A DNA stretch of 51,421 nucleotides from Bacillota bacterium (lineage in GTDB: Bacteria > Bacillota > Sulfobacillia > Fermentithermobacillales > Fermentithermobacillaceae). The DNA lies in assembly GCA_033810155.1 (NCBI GenBank), contig JAPXKJ010000004.1, forward strand, positions 1 to 51,421, in the 5' to 3' direction. The translations under genes and the position numbers were made by a program. The notes under the pieces are model-generated. The model did not search any database and was not told the origin of the DNA. It was given only the letters and a program-made list of their open reading frames with translations. Shown piece after piece: positions 8,585 to 19,205 of the stretch. How positions within the stretch are numbered: position 1 is the first letter of the stretch; each line of letters starts with the position of its first letter.

Positions 8585-9994
8585 TCACGTGTACCTCTTT
8601 ACGGTAAATTTGTATACTGTAACATCTTTGTCGTACGGGTCGATGCCTGCTTTCCTCTTCGCAATGGAAAGCTGCTCAGATACGGTATCAACTCCTGGTA
8701 GATCTGGCAGAAGCAAACCTCTGCGATTTCCTTTCTCACATATGACACCGTATACCTTTGGGTCGAGTTCTGAAAGGTCAGTCACTTTCACAGGTTCAGA
8801 CAAGATGTCCACGGAGTATTCCAAAGCGTCGAGTTCATCCCGAGAAATCGGGTGAAACCTTGGATCCCTAGTTGCCGCATTTATAGCGTTTATGACAATC
8901 TCTTCAGCTATATTGGATTGCGTAGGCTCTGTGGTGCCAATGCAGCCCCTTAAATCCCCTTCTTTGTGAATGGTCACAAATACTCCGGCTCGTCCTCTGA
9001 ATTCTTCAGGAATGTCTCCGATAGGTGGTATCTTGCCCTCCTGGATGTAAGTTTCAACAGTCCTGCGGGCTAAAGAAACGGGATAGGATTCTTTAGAACG
9101 GAGCTTTTCTATCTTTTCCTGCCTAGCCCGGGCGATCCTCTCCAACCGCGAATATGCCGGACCCCAATCCTTAGGGATAAAGAGCGCTACTGCATATCCA
9201 ACCCCGAATGGTCCTTCATAGGATAGGATCTTAGGAACAACCTCTGCCTCATCGAGAGTGCCTAACATGATGCATATGGGTCTAAGCCCGCACTCGCCTG
9301 CATCCTGTATAAGGTCTGATGGCATAGTCAGGATATCCTCCACTGAAAACCTATCTAGGTACTCCATGAGAGTTTCGTCAAAGATCCTGCCCATCGGATT
9401 GTACCCGGCAGGCGCTCCAGGTTGAAGCCTGTGGGAAAGATCTCCCGAGGCCAAAACACCTACCTTTTTCCCTAATTCGGATGCACTCTGAGTTATAATT
9501 CGACCAAATCTATAAAGGTCCGAGTAGCGGAGAAAGCCTATGTTCACGACCACGACAGGCTTCGAAAAACCATGCTTCTTCAGATAGTAAAGTGGAACCA
9601 AAACCCCGTGATCAAGTCTTGAACCTGCTCCATACCTAAGGACGTTGCGCTTGTCTAGGATCACACACGGGATTCTAGAACGCTGGCTACTCTCTTTTAT
9701 ACGTTCGACTAATTCTAAGTCGGATTCTACCTCCAACTTGACTCTCCCAGCGCCAAAATCTCTGAAATCTCCCTGCAAGGTCTTGTTGCCAAGCATTGAA
9801 ACTGCATCGGAAAACACGGGTCCGTGAGGCGTAATCACTATTAGAGCATCAATGTCTGCGTCAGAGAAAGATTTCCCTAGCTCATCCATTGCATGTACAG
9901 TGTCCTTAGCGTTTTGTTCTTCTCCAAACCCCACCTCAGGAATTATGATCGCAGGATGGGGTGATAGACCTGCAAGAATTACATTACCTTGCAT
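8585..9994 (-). CDS. Fusion protein: class III extradiol-dioxygenase-fold (LigB/Memo-like) N-domain + AMMECR1 C-domain
   Basis: N-terminal part carries SPHPAIIIPE, ITPHGP and GDLSHRL His motifs. The C-terminal ~180 aa carries the AMMECR1 signature GVFVTIHKEGDLRGCIGT. ATG 9994 is 8 nt after AAGGAGG. Confidence 0.75.
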   Translation of the reverse strand: MQGNVILAGLSPHPAIIIPEVGFGEEQNAKDTVHAMDELGKSFSDADIDALIVITPHGPVFSDAVSMLGNKTLQGDFRDFGAGRVKLEVESDLELVERIKESSQRSRIPCVILDKRNVLRYGAGSRLDHGVLVPLYYLKKHGFSKPVVVVNIGFLRYSDLYRFGRIITQSASELGKKVGVLASGDLSHRLQPGAPAGYNPMGRIFDETLMEYLDRFSVEDILTMPSDLIQDAGECGLRPICIMLGTLDEAEVVPKILSYEGPFGVGYAVALFIPKDWGPAYSRLERIARARQEKIEKLRSKESYPVSLARRTVETYIQEGKIPPIGDIPEEFRGRAGVFVTIHKEGDLRGCIGTTEPTQSNIAEEIVINAINAATRDPRFHPISRDELDALEYSVDILSEPVKVTDLSELDPKVYGVICEKGNRRGLLLPDLPGVDTVSEQLSIAKRKAGIDPYDKDVTVYKFTVKRYT

Positions 9995-10203
9995 GATTCA
10001 AACCTCCTTTCCATAGATGAAATGCAAGTTGTCCGCACTGCACCGCTGAATGGTAGATGGTGTCTGAACAAAGATGCTCTGAATACGACCCATGGACTAA
10101 AGGAATGCTCCTAACTTATTCATTCTTGCATAACCCCGAAAATCCTTCTTCAAAACTGGCCGCAATTCAAAACATCAGGTAACGACTGAAACGCTTGAAA
10201 GCC

Positions 10204-10926
10204 TTAGTGATCACCGCTACAAAACGCTAAGATGGCATCACATATACATTGCGCAAGAGTATCTTGATAGGCAGAAGAACCCAAAAGCATTTCTTCCTCG
10301 GGATTAGACAAGAACCCTAATTCTACAGTAACTGCGGGGACTTGAGTGTTATCAAGCATAAAGTGAACTATCTCATCTGAAACCTCGCGCGAAGTACCTG
10401 TCTTTGCCTCCAGTTCCGTCTGGATCAAGTCAGCCAAATAACCGGATAATTCGTTACTTGCGCTGTTCCAAAAAACCTGAGCACCTTTTATGTGAGGGTC
10501 TTTATAATCATTACAGTGGATCGACACAACGATGGTAGCCTTTGAATCTTCAATAAGGGCTGATCTATACGCTGAACTCCCAAACTCTTCCTTTTCGTCA
10601 ACCTCATCGCTTGTGCGAGTATAGACAACCTTAGCGCCCGAGCGTTCCAGCTTTTGTCCCAGGAGCAGGCTTACATCCAGAACGATATCTTTTTCGAAAA
10701 ACAGCGAACCGCAAGCACCAGGGTCAATACCTCCGTGCCCAGGATCTATAAGCACAATTTGCCCTGCAAGTGGGCCGATAGCTAGAAATGGAACTCCAAC
10801 TGAATTCCCGGTTACTCGAAAAAAACAACCGCATGCAACCAGCGTAAGAAGTACGGCAATGGTCGATTTATGCCAAAAAAGGGGCCTGCGTTTCCGCTTG
10901 CCCCGTCTTCTTTTAGTTCTCGCCAT
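10204..10926 (-). CDS. cwlD: N-acetylmuramoyl-L-alanine amidase (Amidase_3), germination-specific CwlD-like
   Basis: IDPGHGGIDPGA motif, basic N-terminus plus a TM anchor, and position directly downstream of rpsI as in Bacillus. Start moved to ATG 10926 (MARTKRRRGK). Confidence 0.75.
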   Translation of the reverse strand: MARTKRRRGKRKRRPLFWHKSTIAVLLTLVACGCFFRVTGNSVGVPFLAIGPLAGQIVLIDPGHGGIDPGACGSLFFEKDIVLDVSLLLGQKLERSGAKVVYTRTSDEVDEKEEFGSSAYRSALIEDSKATIVVSIHCNDYKDPHIKGAQVFWNSASNELSGYLADLIQTELEAKTGTSREVSDEIVHFMLDNTQVPAVTVELGFLSNPEEEMLLGSSAYQDTLAQCICDAILAFCSGDH

Positions 10927-11022
10927 TTCCACGGCACCCCTCGACATTTCAATATTCGATGCCTGAATCCATGATACACCCTGCACAAGCCGCAGGGAAC
11001 TCGCCGTGGCCTACTATCTATA

Positions 11023-11409
11023 TTAACGCTTGGAAAACTGCGATGCTTTTCTTGCCTTCTTGAGCCCGTATTTCTTGCGTTCCTTCATCCGAGAATCCCG
11101 AGTAAGGTATCCTGCCTTCTTGAGCACGTCACGGTAATTGTCATCTACCTGCAACAAGGCTCTTGCGATACCGTGCCTCGCTGCTCCTGCCTGCCCACTC
11201 AGGCCGCCTCCTTCTGCCTTTATGTAGACATCAAACCTACCTTCTGTCTGAGTCAAACGCAAAGGCGAAACAACATGAGACTCCAAAACAGGATCCGCAA
11301 AATACTCAGACAGTTCCTTGCCGTTACAAGTAATTCTACCTGTGCCAGGCAAAACCCTTACCCTCGCCGAGGCGGTCTTTCTCCTACCTGTCGCCATTAT
11401 AGAACTCAT
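11023..11409 (-). CDS. rpsI: 30S ribosomal protein S9
   Basis: [10 protein letters not shown]...[25 protein letters not shown]; follows rplM. Confidence 0.95.
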   Translation of the reverse strand: MSSIMATGRRKTASARVRVLPGTGRITCNGKELSEYFADPVLESHVVSPLRLTQTEGRFDVYIKAEGGGLSGQAGAARHGIARALLQVDDNYRDVLKKAGYLTRDSRMKERKKYGLKKARKASQFSKR

Positions 11410-11412
11410 TCT

Positions 11413-11850
11413 CTATATCCCTCCCTGCCACAACTCGGGTTTTTGAGCCTGATGGGGATGCGTAGAACCCTTGTACACAAAGAGTCTCTTCTCGATCTTC
11501 CTCCCAAGACGATTTCTGGGAAGCATACCCTTGACTGCAGTCTCTACAACCCGTTCCGGAAACTTCTCCATCATGATTTTATATGGGATGTACTTATCTC
11601 CGCCGGGATACCCCGAGTGAGTAAAGTATATCTTTTGATCTCTTTTCTTACCGGTCAATGCAACAGCCTTTGCATTGATTATTATCACACTGTCACCCAT
11701 ATCAACAGAAGGGGTGAATTCAGGTTTGTGTTTTCCCCGAAGCAACGTAGCCGCTAGAGAAGCAACCCTGCCGAGGGGTTTACCCTTTGCATCGATAATC
11801 CACCACTTTCGCGGAACCTCACCTGGTTTAGCCATGTAAGTTGCGCCCAA
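11413..11850 (-). CDS. rplM: 50S ribosomal protein L13
   Basis: [24 protein letters not shown]. Start moved to TTG 11850 (AAGGAGG plus 8 nt), giving 145 aa. Confidence 0.9.
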   Translation of the reverse strand: MGATYMAKPGEVPRKWWIIDAKGKPLGRVASLAATLLRGKHKPEFTPSVDMGDSVIIINAKAVALTGKKRDQKIYFTHSGYPGGDKYIPYKIMMEKFPERVVETAVKGMLPRNRLGRKIEKRLFVYKGSTHPHQAQKPELWQGGI

Positions 11851-11913
11851 TGTAAAAACCTCCTTATGCCACCGTACAAGCAATACTCATTCTAACCATG
11901 CTCATTTTTCGGG

Positions 11914-12684
11914 TCAAGAGAATTGAACTCTTTCAAGGCAGAGCCCCTTGCCTGGCACACACCTGCCTATCTTTACATCCTTGTTCTTTCTGTCCGTGTC
12001 CAGCGCTTCCCTAACCGTGCCTTGCGGAAGGTACCCTCTGCCTACGTCTATTAGGGTCCCCACCATTAACCGTATCATTCGATACAAGAATCCGTCTGCA
12101 GTAACCCAAAACTCCCACAAGACATCTTTTTCGCCCTCTACGTCCCTTCTTATCCATCTCGCTTCCGAAACATTGCGCACAGTTGTTTTTGCTGAAGATC
12201 CTTGGTTTCTGAAATTGACAAAGTCATTTGCACCCAGAAACTCTACTGTCTCCCGAATCATCAAATCAAGATCTAATGAACCCGGATACCACAAAACATA
12301 CCTATGAGCAAATACCAAAAGTTCCTTCTTTCGCCATATCCTATAGCAGTAAGTCTTGTTCACTGCGTCTTTCATCGGATTAAATCCTGGTTCAACCAAA
12401 TGTGCCGCATTTACGATTATGTCCTCAGGAAGCAGTCCATTCAGAGCCGTAGGCATCCTTTCAGCGGGAATCGAAGATGAGGTGTCAAAGGCAATCACCT
12501 GCCCTCTCGCATGCACTCCCGCATCCGTTCTGCCTGATGCGCGGACCTTGACCGTATGCCCCAACAATTCTTCCAAACAGTCCTCCAAGACTTCTTGAAT
12601 TGTCATAGACCCCGCCTGTCGTTGAAACCCTGCGTACCTAGTTCCATCATACTGAATGACCATCTTAATCCTGCTAGTTCCCAT
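11914..12684 (-). CDS. truA: tRNA pseudouridine(38-40) synthase TruA
   Basis: YDGTRYAGFQRQ...GRTDAGVHARGQV motif; conserved position between ecfT and rplM. Confidence 0.9.
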   Translation of the reverse strand: MGTSRIKMVIQYDGTRYAGFQRQAGSMTIQEVLEDCLEELLGHTVKVRASGRTDAGVHARGQVIAFDTSSSIPAERMPTALNGLLPEDIIVNAAHLVEPGFNPMKDAVNKTYCYRIWRKKELLVFAHRYVLWYPGSLDLDLMIRETVEFLGANDFVNFRNQGSSAKTTVRNVSEARWIRRDVEGEKDVLWEFWVTADGFLYRMIRLMVGTLIDVGRGYLPQGTVREALDTDRKNKDVKIGRCVPGKGLCLERVQFS

Positions 12685-12705
12685 AGCCGCTACCTGCTCG
12701 TATGA

Positions 12706-13536
12706 TCACGAAACCACATGTTCGATCACAGATCCAAATTTAACCCTTGTATAAATCACAAGGCACGACATCAACACAGTCATGCCAATAGCTACAAAAT
12801 CCTTATTCGCTAGCTTGAGTTCCCTCATCCTAGTTCTTCCTTCACCGCCGCGATAACAACGGGCCTCCATAGCCATTGCCAATTCATCGGCTCGCCTGAA
12901 AGCGCTAACAAAGAGAGGGACCAGAAGTGGCACCAAGCTCTTCGCTCTTTCTATCATGTTCCCTGACTCGAAATCCGCCCCTCTAGCCATCTGAGCTTTC
13001 ATGATCCTGTCTGCCTCTTCTAGCAGAGTAGGTATGAATCTAAGCGCTATTGTCATCATCATCGCAATCTCGTGTGCAGGGACCCCGATTTTTGTCAGAG
13101 GCTTTAATATATCCTCAAGCCCATCTGTAAGCTCAATAGGAGAGGTAGTCAACGTAAGAAGCGACGTAAATGCGATAAGGATAACAAGCCTCATCCCTAT
13201 GAATAGCCCTTGTATGAGCCCGGACCATGTTGCCTTGAGAGGACCTATTGCAAACATCGTCGGCCCTGGCGTGAGAAATAGGTGCAGAGCCATTGTGAAA
13301 ATCATTATGAAGATAATAGGCCTTAGACCTCTTATGAGCATTCTTATCGGAACTTTTGAAAGAAACACGCACACCAAAGTGAAGATGCCTGCCACCAAGA
13401 ACCCATAGAAGTTATTGCCTACAAACAAGACGATCATGAACATTATGGATATAAGTATCTTGGCCCTTGGATCTAAAGAGTGCACTATCGAGTCTGCAGG
13501 GTAATACTGACCAATTATCGCTCCGCTCGAAATCAT
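12706..13536 (-). CDS. ecfT: ECF transporter transmembrane (T) component
   Basis: Polytopic membrane protein with the ARG..FES / ARCYRGG EcfT signature region; follows two ECF ATPases. Confidence 0.85.
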   Translation of the reverse strand: MISSGAIIGQYYPADSIVHSLDPRAKILISIMFMIVLFVGNNFYGFLVAGIFTLVCVFLSKVPIRMLIRGLRPIIFIMIFTMALHLFLTPGPTMFAIGPLKATWSGLIQGLFIGMRLVILIAFTSLLTLTTSPIELTDGLEDILKPLTKIGVPAHEIAMMMTIALRFIPTLLEEADRIMKAQMARGADFESGNMIERAKSLVPLLVPLFVSAFRRADELAMAMEARCYRGGEGRTRMRELKLANKDFVAIGMTVLMSCLVIYTRVKFGSVIEHVVS

Positions 13537-14396
13537 GCCAATGCTACCCCCTCTATACCCAACTGAGACGCGATTTCTTTGTAGGCTTCTTCAACAGTCA
13601 GGACATCTTCCCTAACACCCCAGCCCTTTTGTCTTAGTTTTTGCATAAGCAACGTGACTTCAGGAGGCTTGAGACCTATAGATTCGAGAAAGGCACCTTG
13701 CGTAAAGACTTCTTTTGGCGACCCATCTCCAACTAATTTGCCTTCGTTAAGGACCAAAATCCTATCACAAAAATAGGCCACATCCTCCATGTTGTGGGAC
13801 ACTAGGATTACAGTGATCCCACTTTCATGCAACCTCTCAATGTTATCTAATATGTCTCTTCTGCCCCTAGGGTCTAGTCCCGCAGCAGGTTCATCCAGGA
13901 CAAGGACCTGGGGATTCATCGCTAGTATGCCAGCTACGGCAACTCTTCTAAGCTGTCCCCCTGACAGTTCAAAAGGCGAACGAGACAAAAGTTCAGTGTC
14001 CAGTCCTACCATTTCTCTAGCTGCTTCCACACTGCTTTTTACCTCATCGGCAGAATACCCAAGATTCCTTGGGCCAAAAGCTATGTCATCGAAAACTGTC
14101 TCTTCGAACACTTGCTGCTCGGGATACTGAAATACCAGCCCAATCTTCTGCCTTATTTCCTTCAAACTGACATCCTTTGACCATATATCGACCCCATCAA
14201 CAAGTACAGTGCCGGAGGTAGGTTTCAGGAGTCCATTAAGATGTTGAATCAAAGTCGACTTGCCGGACCCGGTAGGGCCTATGAGGCCGATGAATTCCCC
14301 GTCTTCTACGGCAAAGGAAACGTCAGAGAGCGCAAAGGCTTCCGTCAAAGCCCCTTGCGTATATATGTGACTTAGGTTCCTTACTTCAATTGACAT
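13533..14396 (-). CDS. ecfA2: ECF transporter ATPase component A2
   Basis: Walker [13 protein letters not shown] signature LSGGQLRRV, Walker B LVLDEP; 4-nt overlap with ecfT. Confidence 0.9.
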   Translation of the reverse strand: MSIEVRNLSHIYTQGALTEAFALSDVSFAVEDGEFIGLIGPTGSGKSTLIQHLNGLLKPTSGTVLVDGVDIWSKDVSLKEIRQKIGLVFQYPEQQVFEETVFDDIAFGPRNLGYSADEVKSSVEAAREMVGLDTELLSRSPFELSGGQLRRVAVAGILAMNPQVLVLDEPAAGLDPRGRRDILDNIERLHESGITVILVSHNMEDVAYFCDRILVLNEGKLVGDGSPKEVFTQGAFLESIGLKPPEVTLLMQKLRQKGWGVREDVLTVEEAYKEIASQLGIEGVALA

Positions 14397-15238
14397 AACT
14401 CATCCACCAGTTCATCTACATTCAGTGCGCCTGGATCAATTCCTATACCACTAGAAGCCAGCATATGAGCAAGCTTGCCTATAGGTGGAACATCAAGACC
14501 AAGGGCAGACAAAGCTTCTTCGTCTTGAAACACTTCCCTTGGTGTTCCTTCCATCACGATCTTGCCTTCATCCATAACTACGACTCTATCGGCATACAAG
14601 GCCTCGTCCATGTAGTGAGTTATATGGACAATTGTTATGCCCATCTCCTGGTTAAGCTTAGTTATGGTTTCCATTACCTCTTCTCTGCCACAAGGATCGA
14701 GCATCGCAGTAGGCTCATCGAGGATTATGCACTTTGGCTCCATAGCTAGTATCCCCGCGATAGCCACTCTCTGCTTCTGGCCTCCGGACAGAAAGTGTGG
14801 TGCATGATGGGCAAACTTGCTCATACCTACAGAGTCAAGCGCCCGTGCCACTCTTTCTCTGATTTCCTTTGGGTCAACGCCCAAATTCTCAGGGCCAAAT
14901 GCCACATCCTCTTCGACGATAGTAGCTACGAGCTGATTATCAGGGTTTTGAAACACCATGCCCGCGTTCTTTCTTATCTCCCATGTAAACTCAGAGTCTT
15001 TTGTGTTCATCCCAAAAACCCAAACGTCTCCCTCATCGGGCAAAAGAAGCGCGTTTATATGCTTAGCCAAAGTGGACTTGCCCGAGCCGTTGGGCCCTAG
15101 GATCGCGACAAATTCTCCTTCGTCTATGACAAGGTCCACGCCAGACAATGCCATTACACTATTCGACTCGTCTACCTGGTAGGTATGGGTCAAACCCTTT
15201 ATCTCAATACGACTGGCCTGTGCATTCATTTTTTCCAT
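14381..15238 (-). CDS. ecfA1: ECF transporter ATPase component A1
   Basis: Walker [25 protein letters not shown]; directly downstream of rplQ as in Firmicutes. Confidence 0.9.
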   Translation of the reverse strand: MEKMNAQASRIEIKGLTHTYQVDESNSVMALSGVDLVIDEGEFVAILGPNGSGKSTLAKHINALLLPDEGDVWVFGMNTKDSEFTWEIRKNAGMVFQNPDNQLVATIVEEDVAFGPENLGVDPKEIRERVARALDSVGMSKFAHHAPHFLSGGQKQRVAIAGILAMEPKCIILDEPTAMLDPCGREEVMETITKLNQEMGITIVHITHYMDEALYADRVVVMDEGKIVMEGTPREVFQDEEALSALGLDVPPIGKLAHMLASSGIGIDPGALNVDELVDELCQLK

Positions 15239-15246
15239 TCAACCTT

Positions 15247-15597
15247 CTATTTCTCTGGCTCAACGAGCTCCAATATGGCCATTGGAGATCCGTCTCCCCG
15301 TCGCTGGCCGGTTTGGATTATTCTGGTATATCCGCCCTGGCGATGCGCATATCTCGGTCCTATGGTCTCAAATAGTTTTGTCACTGTACTCTCGTCACTT
15401 ATATATGCAAGCGCCTGTCGCCTAGCCGCAAGCGTGTCTTTCTTTGCGATGGTGATCATCTTCTCGGCAATAGGCTGCGATTCTTTCGCCTTTGCAAGAG
15501 TAGTTTCTATCCGTTCGTTCTCCAACAGCGACGCTACAAGGCCGCGAAGAAGCGCCTTGCGTTGCGCAGTAGGCCTGTCAAATCGTGAATAGCCCAA
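15247..15597 (-). CDS. rplQ: 50S ribosomal protein L17
   Basis: RPTAQRKALLRGLVASL...; follows rpoA. Confidence 0.95.
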   Translation of the reverse strand: MGYSRFDRPTAQRKALLRGLVASLLENERIETTLAKAKESQPIAEKMITIAKKDTLAARRQALAYISDESTVTKLFETIGPRYAHRQGGYTRIIQTGQRRGDGSPMAILELVEPEK

Positions 15598-15610
15598 CTT
15601 CGTCTCCCCC

Positions 15611-16561
15611 TCATTCCTCTTCCAGGCGAAAAGCTAACCCTAGTTCGGCCAGCTTCGTTTTTACCTCTTCGAGGGACTTCTTGCCCATGTTTCTAACCTT
15701 AGAAATCTCTTGTTCGGTTTTTTGTATGAGTTGCCCAACTGTGTCTATGTTGGCCCTTTTGAGACAGTTGTACGCCCTCATTGAAAGTTCCAACTCTTCC
15801 ACAGGCATTTCAAGCAGTTTTTCGAACTCCGACTTCTCCTCGAATTCGTCTTCCACAACTTCTTCTTCCGCGTCAGCTGAAATGTTGCGGAAAAGTTCGA
15901 GATGGCTGATTAATATACTGGCCGCCGTTTCCACAGCTTCATCGGCCCTTAGGCTTCCGTCGGTCCAAACCTCGAGTGTCAGCTTGTCGTAGTCGGTCCT
16001 TTGCCCAACACGGGTATCTTCTACCTGGAAATTGACTTTAGTGATTGGTGTAAATCTCGAATCTATAGCTATTACGCCTATAGGTTGGTTTACGCGCTTG
16101 TTATCCTCTTGAGTAACATATCCACGTCCGTCTTCAATGGTAAGCTCCACAAAGAGCCTGCCGCCTTCATCTAGTTCTGCAATATGCGTATCAGGATTAA
16201 TGACCTCTATATCAGGATCTGAAACGACATCATGACCCGTGATAATCCCCGGCCCCTCCTTGTCAATACGGGCATATTTCGTACCCGGACTGTGTAACTT
16301 GAAAACCAGTTCTTTGATATTGAGTATTAAGTCAGTTACATCTTCTCTTAGTCCAGGTATGGTGGCAAATTCGTGGAGCACCCCGTCTATCCTGATTCCT
16401 GTAACCGCAGCACCAGGTAATGACGACAGTAAGACCCGTCGCAATGAGTTGCCCAACGTAATGCCGTATCCTTCTTCCAGAGGTTCTACCACAAACCGCC
16501 CGTATTTCTTGTCGGGCGAGATCTCCTCACATTGAATTCTTGGCTCGATCAAGTCAAACAA
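15611..16561 (-). CDS. rpoA: DNA-directed RNA polymerase alpha subunit
   Basis: GRFVVEPLEEGYGITLGNSLRRVLLSS, with C-terminal ELSMRAYNCLKRANI (alpha-CTD). Confidence 0.95.
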   Translation of the reverse strand: MFDLIEPRIQCEEISPDKKYGRFVVEPLEEGYGITLGNSLRRVLLSSLPGAAVTGIRIDGVLHEFATIPGLREDVTDLILNIKELVFKLHSPGTKYARIDKEGPGIITGHDVVSDPDIEVINPDTHIAELDEGGRLFVELTIEDGRGYVTQEDNKRVNQPIGVIAIDSRFTPITKVNFQVEDTRVGQRTDYDKLTLEVWTDGSLRADEAVETAASILISHLELFRNISADAEEEVVEDEFEEKSEFEKLLEMPVEELELSMRAYNCLKRANIDTVGQLIQKTEQEISKVRNMGKKSLEEVKTKLAELGLAFRLEEE

Positions 16562-16602
16562 TATGTGAGCCCCCTTTGTTTAACACACTTTCCTTGAATG
16601 AA

Positions 16603-17223
16603 CTACTTCGAGTAAAGTTCAACGATAAACCGCTCATCCGCAGGAACATCGATTTCTTCCCTCTCGGGCAATCTCACAAATACACACTTCCAGTTCTGAG
16701 GATCCAAAGAGATCCAGGCAGGCGGAGTATAATCTGAAAGGTACTCGGCCATCGATTTGAACTTTTCCATTTTCAAAGACCTGGGCCTGATGGAAATCTC
16801 GTCTCCAGGGTTTACTAGATACGATGGAATATCAACTTTGCGCCCATTGACCGCCACGTGACCGTGATTTACGATCTGCCGCGCCTCATTCCTTGATCTG
16901 GCAAATCCTGCCCGGTAAACTACGTTGTCCAGCCGCCTTTCCAGGTTCTGGATAAGAGTCTGACCCGTTACCCCTCGGACCTTAACAGCTTGTTTGAAAT
17001 ACAGCCTGAACTGTTTCTCTCCGACCCCGTAGAATCTTCTGACTTTCTGCTTTTCTCTAAGCTGCAAACCATACTCGCTCGGACGTCTTGTCCTTGTATG
17101 CATCCCTGGAGGCAAAGGTCGCTTTTCCAGAGTGCACTTTGTATAGCACTTATCACCTTTAAGGTATAGCTTCTGACCTTCTCGTCTGCACAATTTGCAA
17201 ACTGGTCCAGTATATCTACTCAT
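16603..17223 (-). CDS. rpsD: 30S ribosomal protein S4
   Basis: [16 protein letters not shown]...; sits in the alpha cluster between rpsK and rpoA (Clostridia / E. coli-like placement). Confidence 0.95.
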   Translation of the reverse strand: MSRYTGPVCKLCRREGQKLYLKGDKCYTKCTLEKRPLPPGMHTRTRRPSEYGLQLREKQKVRRFYGVGEKQFRLYFKQAVKVRGVTGQTLIQNLERRLDNVVYRAGFARSRNEARQIVNHGHVAVNGRKVDIPSYLVNPGDEISIRPRSLKMEKFKSMAEYLSDYTPPAWISLDPQNWKCVFVRLPEREEIDVPADERFIVELYSK

Positions 17224-17235
17224 TTTTGGCCTCCC

Positions 17236-17625
17236 TCAAACTCTTCGCCGCTTCGGTGGACGACATCCGTTATGCGGAACAGGAGTGACGTCCTTGATAA
17301 CAGTCACTTCAAGACCCGCGGCCTGCAAAGCCCGAATAGCTGCTTCTCTCCCCGAACCCGGTCCCTTTACGCAAACTTCTACTTCTCTCATCCCCACATC
17401 CAATGCTTCTTTTGCTGCGGATTCTGCCGCCAGCTGCGCTGCGAAAGGCGTGCTTTTCCTGGAACCCTTAAATCCTTGTTTCCCGGCAGAAGCCCACGAA
17501 ACCGCACCGCCGTTTTGATCAGTTATGGTCACAATCGTATTGTTAAACGTGGATTTGATATGTGCCACGCCTTTTTCTACGACACGCTTTTCCTTTCTCC
17601 TTACCCTTTCTTTCCGTCTGGCCAA
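17236..17625 (-). CDS. rpsK: 30S ribosomal protein S11
   Basis: [18 protein letters not shown]...[14 protein letters not shown]. Confidence 0.95.
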   Translation of the reverse strand: MARRKERVRRKEKRVVEKGVAHIKSTFNNTIVTITDQNGGAVSWASAGKQGFKGSRKSTPFAAQLAAESAAKEALDVGMREVEVCVKGPGSGREAAIRALQAAGLEVTVIKDVTPVPHNGCRPPKRRRV

Positions 17626-17648
17626 GTCTTATCTAGCCTCCTTGAATT

Positions 17649-18020
17649 CTATTTTTTGCGTCGTACACCGACAGTCTTCTTCGGACCCTTACGTGTACGA
17701 GCATTTGTCTGAGTTCTTTGGCCTCTAACCGGCAATCCACGTCTATGCCTCAAACCTCTATAGGTTCCAAGATCGATGAGGCGTTTGATATTGAGTTGCT
17801 CTTCCATCCTCAAATCGCCTTCAACCTTATAGTTGTTGTCAATATAGTCTCTAATTCGTGCGACTTCCTCTTCGGTAAGATCTCTTACGCGAGTATCACG
17901 ATCAACTCCGGTAGACTCCAGAATCTCCTTGGCACGACTCGGTCCAATACCGTAGATGTACGGAAGGGCAGCGAAAACTTTTTTATCTCTAGGCAAATCG
18001 ACGCCTGCTATACGAGCCAT
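17649..18020 (-). CDS. rpsM: 30S ribosomal protein S13
   Basis: [14 protein letters not shown]...[17 protein letters not shown]. Confidence 0.95.
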   Translation of the reverse strand: MARIAGVDLPRDKKVFAALPYIYGIGPSRAKEILESTGVDRDTRVRDLTEEEVARIRDYIDNNYKVEGDLRMEEQLNIKRLIDLGTYRGLRHRRGLPVRGQRTQTNARTRKGPKKTVGVRRKK

Positions 18021-18036
18021 ATAATCTCACCCCCAG

Positions 18037-18150
18037 TCAACCCTGTCTCTGTTTGTGCTTTGGATTAGAACAAAGCACCATTACTTTGCCGTGGCGCCTA
18101 ATAACACGGCACTTGTCGCACATCTTTTTCACAGAAGGCCGGACCTTCAT
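18037..18150 (-). CDS. rpmJ: 50S ribosomal protein L36 (zinc-binding form)
   Basis: Hand-translated: [37 protein letters not shown], ending in a stop codon. Too short for the ORF track; lies between infA and rpsM. Confidence 0.9.
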   Translation of the reverse strand: MKVRPSVKKMCDKCRVIRRHGKVMVLCSNPKHKQRQG

Positions 18151-18194
18151 ATGAGTAACCCCCTCTTTCTTAAAGGGAAGATATCCCCTTGTCC

Positions 18195-18413
18195 TCACTT
18201 AAGACGACGGACAATTCTGCCGCGGGTAAGGTCATATGGGCTCAGTTCTACGAGCACCTTGTCACCTGGAAGAATCTTGATGAAGTTAATCCTCATCTTT
18301 CCAGAGATATGAGCCAAGACTACATGCCCACCTTCAACCTCTACCCGAAACATGGCATTGGGAAGCGGCTCTATTACTCTGCCTTCTACCTCAATGCTGT
18401 CTTGCTTCGGCAT
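18195..18413 (-). CDS. infA: Translation initiation factor IF-1
   Basis: [30 protein letters not shown].... Start moved to ATG 18413 (GAGGGGG plus 6 nt), giving 72 aa. Confidence 0.95.
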   Translation of the reverse strand: MPKQDSIEVEGRVIEPLPNAMFRVEVEGGHVVLAHISGKMRINFIKILPGDKVLVELSPYDLTRGRIVRRLK

Positions 18414-18461
18414 ATTATTCCCCCTCATTAGATACGAATTATTAGTGATCCAAAACCTACG

Positions 18462-19205
18462 CTAAACCTCAGTCAGACACACAGGTCCTTCTTCAGTAAT
18501 AGCCACAGTATGCTCAAAATGAGCCGATAAAGAACCGTCTTTAGTTACAACATGCATGTCTGGGTAAGTAATGACCTCCGAACTTCCGATATTTACCATG
18601 GGTTCAATAGCTATAACCATGCCGGGACGCAGAATTGCACCTTGCTTTCGGTTACCATAATTGGGCACAAGCGGATCCTCGTGCATGGCTCTGCCTACGC
18701 CATGGCCTGCATATTCTTTGACTACGTTATACCCCTGCCCCCGAACAAATCTCTCGATTGCATACCCGATGTCGCCGACATGTGCGCCAGGTTGGGCGGC
18801 TTGAATCCCCGTATAAAGAGCTTCTTTGGTAACTTGAATAAGCCGCAAGGCTTCTTTGGATACCTCGCCTACAGGAAAAGTGGCCGCAGTATCCCCCACA
18901 AATCCTTTGAACGTAGCTCCTACGTCTATTGATATAATATCGCCTTCTTGCAACCTTTCTTCTCCAGGTACACCGTGTACGACGACTTCGTTTATTGACG
19001 TGCATAAAGAACACGGAAATCCATTATAACCCTTAAAAGTTGGAATAGCACCCCTACTCCTTATGAAGTCTTCCGCCGCCTTGTCTAGGTCTTGCGTGCA
19101 AATTCCAGGTCTTATCATCTCGCCGACCATAGCCAAACATTCTCCTGCAATCTGCCCGGCCATGCGCATAATAGACAGATCCTCTTGGGTCTTAAGAACA
19201 ATCAT
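18462..19205 (-). CDS. map: Methionine aminopeptidase type I
   Basis: FKGYNGFP...HGVPG...DVGA...GHGVG...EPM...EHTV metal-ligand pattern. Confidence 0.95.
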   Translation of the reverse strand: MIVLKTQEDLSIMRMAGQIAGECLAMVGEMIRPGICTQDLDKAAEDFIRSRGAIPTFKGYNGFPCSLCTSINEVVVHGVPGEERLQEGDIISIDVGATFKGFVGDTAATFPVGEVSKEALRLIQVTKEALYTGIQAAQPGAHVGDIGYAIERFVRGQGYNVVKEYAGHGVGRAMHEDPLVPNYGNRKQGAILRPGMVIAIEPMVNIGSSEVITYPDMHVVTKDGSLSAHFEHTVAITEEGPVCLTEV

